DNA of 64,000 nt, taken from a virus. Its lineage: Duplodnaviria > Caudoviricetes. Numbering within the stretch: position 1 is the stretch's first letter; every line of letters begins with the position of its first letter. The translations under genes were made by a program, and so were the position numbers. Below are positions 18,333 through 26,903 of the stretch, piece after piece. The stretch spans positions 1 through 64,000 of IMG/VR virus record IMGVR_UViG_3300037067_002612; one strand, written 5' to 3'. The notes under the pieces were generated by a model. The model saw nothing but the letters and a program-made list of their open reading frames with translations, had not been told where the DNA came from and did no database searches.

Positions 18333-19426
18333 ATATTAACCTGACCGCTCCTATAAATCAATTAGGCTATGGTGTTGTTGGTAGTAACATACTCACAACC
18401 ATGTTAAACAATAAAATCAATGTGAAGTTATGGCCAATCGGACGTGTTGATACTGGGGCGTTTGCTTTAGATGAAGTTGATAAAAACACACTCAAAATTC
18501 AAAGATGTATTGACGCACATAGCGTTTATGATATCCATGCACCGAGTCTGCGAATTTGGCACCAGTTTGATTTAGCACAACATGTAGGGAAAGGATTACA
18601 TATAGGTTTCCCAATATTTGAGTTAGATGATTTTACTAATCAAGAAAAGGCTGAGTTGAATAGACTAGACATACTATTTGTGTGCTCTAGGTGGGCAAAA
18701 AATGTAGTAGAAAAACATTGCCCTGGAGTTAATATCAAGGTTGTCCCCCTGGGTGTAAATAGAAAAATTTTCCATGAAAACATTAAAGAACCAGACCCCG
18801 AATGGACGACCTTTATTAATGTCGGAAAATGGGAATATCGCAAGGGACATGATATATTAGCCGAGGCATTTCACAAAGCATTTGAACCAAAAGACAGAGT
18901 TCGCCTATGGATGATGTCTCATAATCCTTTTATATCTCGTGAGAAAACGCAATACTGGGAGGGGCTATATAAAAACGGGAAAATGGGCCACCGAGTATCC
19001 TTTCTTCCAAGACAATTAAATGCTGATGGCGTGGCTAACGTCATGGCGGCAGCAGATTGTGGTGTGTTTCCTGCTAGAGCCGAAGGATGGAACCTGGAGC
19101 TTTTGGAAATGATGTCTGTCGGTCGTCGTGTTATTGCGACAAATTATGCTGGACACACGGAATTTTGTAATGAATCCAATTGTTATTTGCTGGACGTGGA
19201 TAATTTAGAAAGGGCTCAAGATAATGTGTTTTTTGATGGCAAGGTAGGTAATTGGGCTAATTTAGATAAACACAAAGAGGTTGGACAACTATTAATAGCC
19301 GCAATGCGTGATGTTTATTTGCGGAAACAAAACCAAGAATTGTGGCACAATATTAATGGTATTACCACTGCCAAGAATTTAACCTGGGATAATACAACAA
19401 ATGTTATATCATCATATGTATTGTAA
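18326..19426 (+). CDS. glycosyltransferase family 4
   Basis: GYG N-terminus, RKGHDIL, RAEGWNLELLEMM. Confidence 0.85.
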   Translation: MLNINLTAPINQLGYGVVGSNILTTMLNNKINVKLWPIGRVDTGAFALDEVDKNTLKIQRCIDAHSVYDIHAPSLRIWHQFDLAQHVGKGLHIGFPIFELDDFTNQEKAELNRLDILFVCSRWAKNVVEKHCPGVNIKVVPLGVNRKIFHENIKEPDPEWTTFINVGKWEYRKGHDILAEAFHKAFEPKDRVRLWMMSHNPFISREKTQYWEGLYKNGKMGHRVSFLPRQLNADGVANVMAAADCGVFPARAEGWNLELLEMMSVGRRVIATNYAGHTEFCNESNCYLLDVDNLERAQDNVFFDGKVGNWANLDKHKEVGQLLIAAMRDVYLRKQNQELWHNINGITTAKNLTWDNTTNVISSYVL

Positions 19427-19502
19427 TTAAAATTTTCAATCAAAATAAGTGTATAAATAGAAAGGAGTATAGTGTTTTTATAAAATAGTTTAGTGGTGAA
19501 AT

Positions 19503-19811
19503 ATGTTAAGGTTGTTGTTATTCTTTATATGTATATGTTTTTTCGCACAGGATATTAGTGGTGAAGATATACATTGTTATAAAACACTAGCGATAAACAA
19601 TCTACATGAAATGGATGGACAGGTTTTAACAACCATTAATTATGGTAGACATAGTACACAACAATGGGTGTATTATAATATTGATGTTGTAGATGATGGT
19701 CTTCTTATAAACACATCTATATGTGGCCCACGACGCATGGCTGTAAACACACAAGTACATTTAGTTTGGGTTAATCTCATTGATGAGTTCTTAAAACACA
19801 AGGAGGAGTAA
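19503..19811 (+). CDS. putative exported protein
   Basis: signal-peptide-like N-terminus. Confidence 0.55.
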   Translation: MLRLLLFFICICFFAQDISGEDIHCYKTLAINNLHEMDGQVLTTINYGRHSTQQWVYYNIDVVDDGLLINTSICGPRRMAVNTQVHLVWVNLIDEFLKHKEE

Positions 19812-19812
19812 A

Positions 19813-20169
19813 ATGAAGAAAGTATTGTTAGGTTTATTTGGTTTAGTGGTAATTGCATTATTCAGCAGAGAGTGCATGGCTAATGAGGGTGGGTATTATC
19901 ATTATTATAATTATAATACTCAATATCAAAATAAGGGCTATGGATATTGGTATTCATACGATAGACAACGACCAACCCCTCCTCAATATCATCCCGTCCC
20001 ACAACCAACTCCACCACCACCGGCTATGCCAATACCTTTTGGTTTTTATCATTATCAACATGGGCATGGTCATGGTAATGGCGGTGGTCCTCTGTATCGG
20101 TATTGGTATCAACCCAATGTGCCTGGTAGCAACGGCTGGGGTTTCAGCTTTGGAATTCATGATAGGTAA
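19813..20169 (+). CDS. exported Tyr/Pro/Gly-rich low-complexity protein
   Basis: AGGAGG SD, signal peptide, low-complexity body ending GFSFG. Confidence 0.65.
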   Translation: MKKVLLGLFGLVVIALFSRECMANEGGYYHYYNYNTQYQNKGYGYWYSYDRQRPTPPQYHPVPQPTPPPPAMPIPFGFYHYQHGHGHGNGGGPLYRYWYQPNVPGSNGWGFSFGIHDR

Positions 20170-20185
20170 TTTAAGTAAATTGGTA

Positions 20186-20213
20186 TTGACATTACCCACA
20201 AATGGGGTATAAT
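20186..20213 (+). promoter_or_regulatory. sigma70-type promoter
   Basis: TTGACA-N16-TATAAT. Confidence 0.75.
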
Positions 20214-20220
20214 AAGTTTA

Positions 20221-20295
20221 TCTAGAGGGGGGCCTGGGGATTAAAGGTGTTTGGGACTAGCCGAAACCTTTTTTATGCCGCCCCCTCGGGTTTTT
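20221..20295 (+). ncRNA. candidate ~75-nt GC-rich hairpin RNA or attenuator
   Basis: GAGGGGG..C/GCCCCCTC, AAAGGT/ACCTTT and TTTGG/CCGAA stems, then T5; begins at the predicted TSS. Confidence 0.5.
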
Positions 20296-20308
20296 ATATA
20301 GGCGAAAA

Positions 20309-20500
20309 ATGCCAGTAGAAAAATGTACAATTAACGGTAAAAGTGGTTGGAGATGGGGGAAGTCTGGAAAGTGTTATACCGGTCCTGGAGCTAAAGCAAA
20401 GGCTGCAAAACAAGGACGAGCCATCAAAGTATCTCAAACACAAAGTGATGATTTATTTACTAACTTATTTAAGTCATTTAAATCTTTGTTTGAAAAATAA
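20309..20500 (+). CDS. small basic conserved phage protein
   Basis: MPV.KC...GKSGW.WG.SGKCY.G..A..KA..QG.A pattern. Confidence 0.7.
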   Translation: MPVEKCTINGKSGWRWGKSGKCYTGPGAKAKAAKQGRAIKVSQTQSDDLFTNLFKSFKSLFEK

Positions 20501-20503
20501 TAT

Positions 20504-21439
20504 ATGAAAATTCTAATCAATAGTCAACACTTAAATGGCACGGGCGGCATAGACCGTGTATCGCGTAGACTCATCTCCGAATTACTCAATAGAGGGCATG
20601 TGGTGGATACAACTTCCCAAAATCCTCCCTATGATATACACCTACTTCCTGCTAATGGTGTGGTTGGAGCTAATGTCAATATGTTACCTATAGATAATAC
20701 ACCGGTGGTATCTGTAGTACATGACATTATTCCATATATTACCAAAACAGGCAATGAAAATTATATAGAGAAGTTAAAAAAAACATTTGAAATTTCATCC
20801 CATATTATTACTGTGTCTAAATATTCATCTGAAAGTATCATTCGTGAGTTCGCACCAAGTATACCGGTTAGTGTAGTTTATTCTGGTGTTTTATTGCCAG
20901 TTGTTCAATACAAAGAAATATATCCAGAGCCATATTTATTATCTGTGGGGTACGGTCCACATAAAAATTTAGATTTGGTTTTAGATATTATAACTAAAAT
21001 TGATAATCTTATTCTTATAATTGTTGGAAAACAATTTTATGTTGATAATGTACAACGAGATAGAGTAAAAAAATTAGTCGATATTGGTAAAATTATTGAG
21101 TATGGTATTGTCAACGAAGAGACTTTAATTAGCTTGTATAAAAACGCTTTTGCTTTGTTGTGTCTTAGTGAACATGAGGGTTTTGGGTTGCCGGTGATTG
21201 AGGCAATGGCGTGTGGTTGTCCAGTTATTTCTAGCTGTCAAGGAGGATTAAAGGAAGCGTGTGGGAATTCAGCGTTTTATACACAAACAAATCAAGAGGT
21301 AATAAATGCTATTCAAACTTTAACACATTCAAACGATAGACGACGATTTGTTAAAAGTGGGTTAAAATACGTTAGTATGTTTAATTGGGACAATACAATT
21401 CAGGAATATGAGCAAATATTGGAGAAAGTATGTCGGTAG
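20504..21439 (+). CDS. glycosyltransferase family 4
   Basis: GG..R, VHDIIP, HKN, EGFGLPVIEAMACGCPV. Confidence 0.9.
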   Translation: MKILINSQHLNGTGGIDRVSRRLISELLNRGHVVDTTSQNPPYDIHLLPANGVVGANVNMLPIDNTPVVSVVHDIIPYITKTGNENYIEKLKKTFEISSHIITVSKYSSESIIREFAPSIPVSVVYSGVLLPVVQYKEIYPEPYLLSVGYGPHKNLDLVLDIITKIDNLILIIVGKQFYVDNVQRDRVKKLVDIGKIIEYGIVNEETLISLYKNAFALLCLSEHEGFGLPVIEAMACGCPVISSCQGGLKEACGNSAFYTQTNQEVINAIQTLTHSNDRRRFVKSGLKYVSMFNWDNTIQEYEQILEKVCR

Positions 21440-22023
21440 TTGTACATGATATTAATACTACAAAATACAAACAAAATCAACATTTGTATAGTGAATTACC
21501 GGCTGAATACTGGGGGTTAGAAAAATATTATCAAACTGCTAAAAAGTGTATCGTTTTTTTTGGTGGGTGTTCTTTGTCACAAAACATGTTAAAAGATGAA
21601 GACGCGATTGCTTTTGTCGCCGAGAACTTAATGCGTGGTATGTATAGATGGAAGCCAGACGGAGGCAGAACACTACATTGTTATTTGAACCAATGTGCCT
21701 TATGGGCAATCTGCAAATGGTCAAAGTTACTATCACACAGTGCTAGACACAATAATATTGATATATATAATGATAATTTTGCAGACAATCAACCATCATT
21801 GCATCGCACACCATTAGAAGAGATATTGAACCGTGAACAAGAACAATTAACTGAATTGAAAATTAAAAGTGCAAATTTAACGCCTCGTCAACTTACATGT
21901 GTGGTTAGAGTATATATCGACGGTGAAACATGTAGTCGTGTAGCTAAAGACCTACAGATAAGTAGACAAGCTGTACATCAACATATTCAACATGGATTAA
22001 CCAAATTAAAAAATGTTTGTTAA
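21430..22023 (+). CDS. sigma70-like factor (region 4 HTH)
   Basis: region-2-like helix plus LTPRQ...VAKDLQISRQAVHQ HTH. Confidence 0.7.
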   Translation: MSVVVHDINTTKYKQNQHLYSELPAEYWGLEKYYQTAKKCIVFFGGCSLSQNMLKDEDAIAFVAENLMRGMYRWKPDGGRTLHCYLNQCALWAICKWSKLLSHSARHNNIDIYNDNFADNQPSLHRTPLEEILNREQEQLTELKIKSANLTPRQLTCVVRVYIDGETCSRVAKDLQISRQAVHQHIQHGLTKLKNVC

Positions 22024-22498
22024 AAATTTAAGTGATGGTCAAAACGCCGAGAGTATTGTGGCTAACCTTTTTAGGAGTGTTGGGTTTCAAGTTCTGCATG
22101 ATAAAAAAAAGAATATTGATTGGGATATGGTTTTGCTAGTAAAAAACAAGAGAATACCAATTGAAATTAAATTTGACGCTTATGAACAAAAAAGTGGTAA
22201 TATAGCTATAGAAGTTTATAATCCAAAATCATGTAGTCCGTCAGGAGTTACCGCGACTAAAGCATTGTTATGGATTCATATTTTAATACCACATCAAATT
22301 TTACTTACCACTGTTAATAGACTAAGGAGATATATTGACAACCATCAACCGGCACGGATAATAAATTGTGGGGGCGATGATAATGCTACGCTGTATTTAT
22401 ATAAAACAGAGGATATTTCAACGGTTTTTGATAGAATAGATAAAATGAAAAAGGAAGAATTACAAAATTTTATACAGGAAATAAGCGAATATGTTTAA
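22013..22498 (+). CDS. PD-(D/E)XK nuclease-family protein
   Basis: G..AE, WD, IEIKFD...SGNIAIE. Confidence 0.65.
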   Translation: MFVKNLSDGQNAESIVANLFRSVGFQVLHDKKKNIDWDMVLLVKNKRIPIEIKFDAYEQKSGNIAIEVYNPKSCSPSGVTATKALLWIHILIPHQILLTTVNRLRRYIDNHQPARIINCGGDDNATLYLYKTEDISTVFDRIDKMKKEELQNFIQEISEYV

Positions 22499-22895
22499 TA
22501 ATACCACATCATTTTCTGTAGAAGTAGCCGTAGCAATTTTATTGCGTGATAGCTCTAACCAAATGAAATGTGGGTTTTTGACATCCACAGATAATAAACT
22601 ATGTTTACCAAATCAAGTGATTTCTCATAATAATTATATAAGTAAGGTGGCTATTCAGTTATTATGTGAATACTTGAAAATAGACCTACGGACAATTGAT
22701 ATTATACCAGTTGGTTTTTTTGACGACAAATCAGCAGATATTAATAACAGAGTTTTATTAGTGTATAAAACTATTATTTTGCCCGGTACGCCGGTCCATA
22801 GCGATATTACGTTTATGGATAATGAAAGTGTCACAACAGCCCATCATAGAATAAGTAGGTTACACTATGCAGCATACAACACAGCCATCAGATAA
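22491..22895 (+). CDS. hypothetical protein (degenerate NUDIX-like)
   Basis: beta-strand pattern and LP, but no intact Nudix box. Confidence 0.45.
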   Translation: MFNNTTSFSVEVAVAILLRDSSNQMKCGFLTSTDNKLCLPNQVISHNNYISKVAIQLLCEYLKIDLRTIDIIPVGFFDDKSADINNRVLLVYKTIILPGTPVHSDITFMDNESVTTAHHRISRLHYAAYNTAIR

Positions 22896-23193
22896 ATATA
22901 TCATTCAGATTGTTGTAGATGATATTCATCAACTAAAAATTACTGTCGATTGGCCAGAGACATTACATGGACCGTGTTACATGGCTGGTCTTTTAGATGC
23001 CTTATCTACTGGGCAATTTACTCAACAGTTATCACAAGCAATCCAACATAGTCCTCACACAGAAGATTCTATAAATATGGTTCTACAAACGTGGCAAGAA
23101 TTGCACGCTAACAAAGAACTGTTTGCACAAATGCCGTGTATAGCTCCTCGTGATGTTTTTAAAGTATCTGATAACAATGATGGTAATAAATAA
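22867..23193 (+). CDS. hypothetical protein
   Basis: ORF in operon. Confidence 0.55.
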   Translation: MQHTTQPSDKYIIQIVVDDIHQLKITVDWPETLHGPCYMAGLLDALSTGQFTQQLSQAIQHSPHTEDSINMVLQTWQELHANKELFAQMPCIAPRDVFKVSDNNDGNK

Positions 23194-23783
23194 TGAAAAA
23201 AAATATTATTTGGCGTAAATGGACTGACCCACTAGTTAAACAGATTAAGTCTATTGAACAGGAAGGGTCGGAGGTTAGTGGTCCACCACAAGCTGTGTTA
23301 TACACTCCGATGGGAGTTCTGGGTTGTGTTACGGATACCTTTGTTGCAAATAGTTTTGATTTTTGGATGATGTATACTAATTTTAGTATTACTCCACAAA
23401 TTGCACAGATTATTGATAATACACACGGGGTGGAAAGCCTAGATATTTATACAAAGTATCGTGCTCGGATTGGTTTCCCGACATCTGGATTATTTGACGT
23501 TGAACATGTAATGCAACAAATTAAAGACAGGATTGTGTTTTTAGACAGACAATCACAAAACCAACAATTAACTGGTTTATCGGAAGATTTAACCAAAAAA
23601 GCTATTGAGACACGCGATAAACTTGACGACAAATTTGAATATTGGGCTATGCTAGTGTTACCAAATGGTAATATTGAAGTGATGTGTAGTAATGAAAAAA
23701 ATATTACTTTTGATGAAAAAGTTAAAGTTTTAAAGACAACAGAGCAGTGTGTAGGTGGTAAATTATTGATATCAAACGATTAA
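23193..23783 (+). CDS. conserved phage hypothetical protein
   Basis: W.KW.DP, FDFW..TNF.IT, GVE.L...TKYR.RIG motifs. Confidence 0.65.
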   Translation: MKKNIIWRKWTDPLVKQIKSIEQEGSEVSGPPQAVLYTPMGVLGCVTDTFVANSFDFWMMYTNFSITPQIAQIIDNTHGVESLDIYTKYRARIGFPTSGLFDVEHVMQQIKDRIVFLDRQSQNQQLTGLSEDLTKKAIETRDKLDDKFEYWAMLVLPNGNIEVMCSNEKNITFDEKVKVLKTTEQCVGGKLLISND

Positions 23784-23799
23784 TAGGATATATATATAT

Positions 23800-24462
23800 A
23801 TGAACAACCAATGTGATGCCCAGTTTTATAGAGATATATTATCTGATGTTCATAGTTTTGACGCTATATTAGACAGTAGAGAAATTTTTGTAGGACCACA
23901 ATATGACAGTTATTTAGACTTTCCAATGATTGAATATCATACCTGTCAACAATTTATTCGGAACATACAGGTATTAAATGCTATCAACAATGACACAATT
24001 TTAGTGCATATGATGGTCTGTGGCGGCAATTGGAATTATGGCATGGGTATGTATGATGCTATTAAAGCAAGCTCATCAAATATAGTGATTTTATCTTATG
24101 CCGGTGCTTGTAGTATGTCTTCTATTATTCCTCAGGCCGCAACAACTCGCGTGCTTATGCCAAATACTGAGTATCTAGTACATTATGCAGAATACAATAT
24201 TAGTGGTGGTTTTACACAAATGGTAGCCGACACTAATTGGTATAAAAAATGTAATGAAAATATGTTGAAAATTTATGTTGACAGAATTAAAGAAGCTGAC
24301 TTTTTTAAGGATTATAGTGAAACACAAGTTTTACAATGGTTGCAGTCTACATTAGACACAAAACAACAATTTTATATGTCACCAAGAGAAGCCGTCGAGT
24401 TTGGTTTTGCAGACGCCGTTTTAGGCGATAAAGGATATGAAACAATCAAATGTCTACGATAA
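23800..24462 (+). CDS. clpP: ClpP-like protease
   Basis: GG....G..MYD.I, A.SM catalytic Ser, R...PN...LVH, Y.S..EA..GFAD. Confidence 0.8.
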   Translation: MNNQCDAQFYRDILSDVHSFDAILDSREIFVGPQYDSYLDFPMIEYHTCQQFIRNIQVLNAINNDTILVHMMVCGGNWNYGMGMYDAIKASSSNIVILSYAGACSMSSIIPQAATTRVLMPNTEYLVHYAEYNISGGFTQMVADTNWYKKCNENMLKIYVDRIKEADFFKDYSETQVLQWLQSTLDTKQQFYMSPREAVEFGFADAVLGDKGYETIKCLR

Positions 24463-24947
24463 TAGAATATGCCAAAATAGATAATCAAACATTCAATATA
24501 TATTACGACACATATAAAGAATACATACAAAAAATAAGCAGGAAGTATGGTGTATTATCAAAAGACGAGCAAATATCATGTGGGATGACCGCACTGTGGA
24601 GATGTCTGGCCAACACACAAGCTTCGCATAATGAGAAAATTCGTAATTTTAAATCAGTATTATATACATATGTCCGGTGGGAATGCCTTAGTTGTATACA
24701 TAAGCTCCCCACTACATTACTGCCACTTCCTGCTGAAATTGTATTAGATGATAACTTTGATGTTAATGTGTTTATCGAAGATTACTTTACTGATTTACCC
24801 AACCGTAATAAACGTATTATGGTATGTAAGTTTGTAGATGGATATACTATAAATGAAATTGCTGTCCGCGAAGGGTTAAGCAAACACAATGTATGTTGTA
24901 TTATACAACAGTCATTGAAAAATATTAGTAAAAAGATATTAAAATAG
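24450..24947 (+). CDS. sigma70/ECF-like factor
   Basis: G..ALW, F...LY..VRW region 2; LP...GYTINEIA..EGLS HTH. Confidence 0.7.
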   Translation: MSTIIEYAKIDNQTFNIYYDTYKEYIQKISRKYGVLSKDEQISCGMTALWRCLANTQASHNEKIRNFKSVLYTYVRWECLSCIHKLPTTLLPLPAEIVLDDNFDVNVFIEDYFTDLPNRNKRIMVCKFVDGYTINEIAVREGLSKHNVCCIIQQSLKNISKKILK

Positions 24948-24956
24948 TGTATATTA
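24941..24956 (+). promoter_or_regulatory. putative phage-specific (late) promoter AAAATAGTGTATATTA
   Basis: identical to 1030-1045; upstream of ORF 25034. Confidence 0.5.
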
Positions 24957-25033
24957 AGTGTAGGAATTTAGGATTGTCCAGGTCATTGATAGGATTTTAG
25001 TGATTATTGTTTTTTTAATAAAGGTATAAACAC

Positions 25034-25579
25034 ATGGGTAAGGCAAACGATGGTCTGTATGATAAAGTAATTGAAGCGAATTACCTAAAAGACAACGGAG
25101 CGACAGTTTTAATGGGAGGAAACATTGATACGGCTAGTAATCGAGTTACAAATGCACCCGGAGCTTCTATTGTTGGGGCTAGTATACAACCACAGGCTAA
25201 ACCAGTAAAAAGTGCTTATGTTGGTGCGACACACGTCGTAGAAGCTGGCGATTTTGCTACTATGACCGCTGGAAAGTATGTTGTCAAAGGTGGAAATGTG
25301 ACAAGCCAATTAGCCGGTGTAGCATACACTGGGCTTGCTAGTGGTGGTAATCCCAACCAGATACGTGGTATTAATTCGTTACTGACACGACGCACAGTTC
25401 TGATTGATTCATGGAATTATGCCACTGGTGCAGCAACATTTAATGCTGGTAATCCTAGCAGCGATAGTTTTGATAAAGGCTCATACGCTGACCCAACTCG
25501 GGCTGTGCCTGGTAATCTAGTAATACTTGAAGACGGTGATATTCCTGAGACTAGTGCTTATTCAGCCAAAACGGGTTAA
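25034..25579 (+). CDS. Gly/Ala/Thr-rich protein, possibly virion structural
   Basis: composition; own promoter motif and terminator. Confidence 0.5.
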   Translation: MGKANDGLYDKVIEANYLKDNGATVLMGGNIDTASNRVTNAPGASIVGASIQPQAKPVKSAYVGATHVVEAGDFATMTAGKYVVKGGNVTSQLAGVAYTGLASGGNPNQIRGINSLLTRRTVLIDSWNYATGAATFNAGNPSSDSFDKGSYADPTRAVPGNLVILEDGDIPETSAYSAKTG

Positions 25580-25593
25580 TATCACACGACATA

Positions 25594-25624
25594 GGGGGCG
25601 GGACATATAAACCCCGCCTTTTTT
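25594..25624 (+). terminator. rho-independent terminator
   Basis: GGCGGG/CCCGCC stem + T6. Confidence 0.7.
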
Positions 25625-25650
25625 AAGTTAATTACTGGAGAATCACCAAA

Positions 25651-26031
25651 ATGATAGAAGCTAAACAATCCAAAACCTCCAAGTTGTGTCACTCTGCATA
25701 TGTTACTATACAAACTTGTAAAAGTCGTATAACAATTGTTTACAGTTTGGCTTTGCTAATTATAGCTATTACCACTGTGTGTGTTACATTAGTGATATAC
25801 GCTGGTAGCAAAGCTGATGCTGCTACTGCTCGTTGTGAAACATTATCGACTTATGTTACTAATACTACAAATGAAACAAATAAGAGTATTTCTATATTAG
25901 AAAAATGTTTAATTGAATATCGAACAAGACAAACAGAAATGTTCAAAAAATTAGATGAATTAAGAGAAGAGTTGGCAGAACAACGTAAAGAACAAAAAGA
26001 CCTGTTGGAAAAAATACTATCTCAAAAGTAG
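25651..26031 (+). CDS. membrane protein with coiled coil
   Basis: TM helix then heptad-rich C-terminus. Confidence 0.55.
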   Translation: MIEAKQSKTSKLCHSAYVTIQTCKSRITIVYSLALLIIAITTVCVTLVIYAGSKADAATARCETLSTYVTNTTNETNKSISILEKCLIEYRTRQTEMFKKLDELREELAEQRKEQKDLLEKILSQK

Positions 26032-26038
26032 GTAGAAA

Positions 26039-26329
26039 ATGACCGTAAGATTTCTGAATAATTATCTTATTACCGTAGCACAAACATATCTGGACCAATC
26101 TAATAAAATGTCGGTGCAAAGTAAACAAATTCATGTACACGCCGGTGATATTTATCGTATTACACAATTTTATCGACATCCAAATGGAAGTTTAGATTTA
26201 CACTTTCCTAAAGACAGTGTATTATATGGTGTGGCTACTCGTATAGACTCGGACATTTGTGCAATCAACAATGATGGAACAAAGAAGCCGTCTAGTGGTT
26301 GCGGCGGATGTGGTAAAAAGAAGAGCTAA
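26039..26329 (+). CDS. hypothetical protein
   Basis: ORF ending GCGGCGKKK; N-terminus (VRFL.N) resembles the next ORF. Confidence 0.55.
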   Translation: MTVRFLNNYLITVAQTYLDQSNKMSVQSKQIHVHAGDIYRITQFYRHPNGSLDLHFPKDSVLYGVATRIDSDICAINNDGTKKPSSGCGGCGKKKS

Positions 26330-26358
26330 ATATCTTAAATGAAGGAGAGAGAATAACA

Positions 26359-26682
26359 ATGGGAGTTAGATTTTTAAAAAATATTATTTTAAAAGTTGAT
26401 TATCAAGGTATTAAGGAAGACGTACCATTTGCAAGTGGTGAAATTGTAAACGCACCACTTGTAGAAGACGATGGAGAATATAGTGATATCCATTTATATG
26501 ACGGCAGTATAATACATGAAGTGAGTAATACTGTATTTGGTATTATTGGGACAAAAACAAATCACGTTGTAAAAAAACCAGATGTATTGCCAAACGAAGA
26601 TATAGTACATGACCCTGTAATTTTAGACGGTTCTATTTTTAATAATACGTGGGATGAGGATGATGGGAAAGACATATCGTAA
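26359..26682 (+). CDS. hypothetical protein
   Basis: AAGGAG SD; MGVRFLKN N-terminus similar to the preceding ORF. Confidence 0.6.
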   Translation: MGVRFLKNIILKVDYQGIKEDVPFASGEIVNAPLVEDDGEYSDIHLYDGSIIHEVSNTVFGIIGTKTNHVVKKPDVLPNEDIVHDPVILDGSIFNNTWDEDDGKDIS

Positions 26683-26815
26683 AGAAGAACGTAAGCAACA
26701 CCAACAAAAGAAAAGCAATCGTAAAAGCAAAAAACGGCCAATCATACCAAAATATCATTATGATGATTATGTGTTGGCTTTTGAAAATGACTTAGCTACA
26801 CAAAAATACAAATAA
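26660..26815 (+). CDS. small basic protein
   Basis: MMGKTYRK... 51-aa Lys/Arg-rich ORF filling the gap before the terminator. Confidence 0.5.
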   Translation: MMGKTYRKEERKQHQQKKSNRKSKKRPIIPKYHYDDYVLAFENDLATQKYK

Positions 26816-26839
26816 ATCTTTTACATATAAGAGTTTATG

Positions 26840-26870
26840 AATAGTCACGCGTCTTGTGACTATTTTTTTT
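26840..26870 (+). terminator. rho-independent terminator
   Basis: AATAGTCAC/GTGACTATT stem + T run. Confidence 0.7.
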
Positions 26871-26903
26871 ATAGAAATATATCAACTGGGAGATAGTACA
26901 TAA

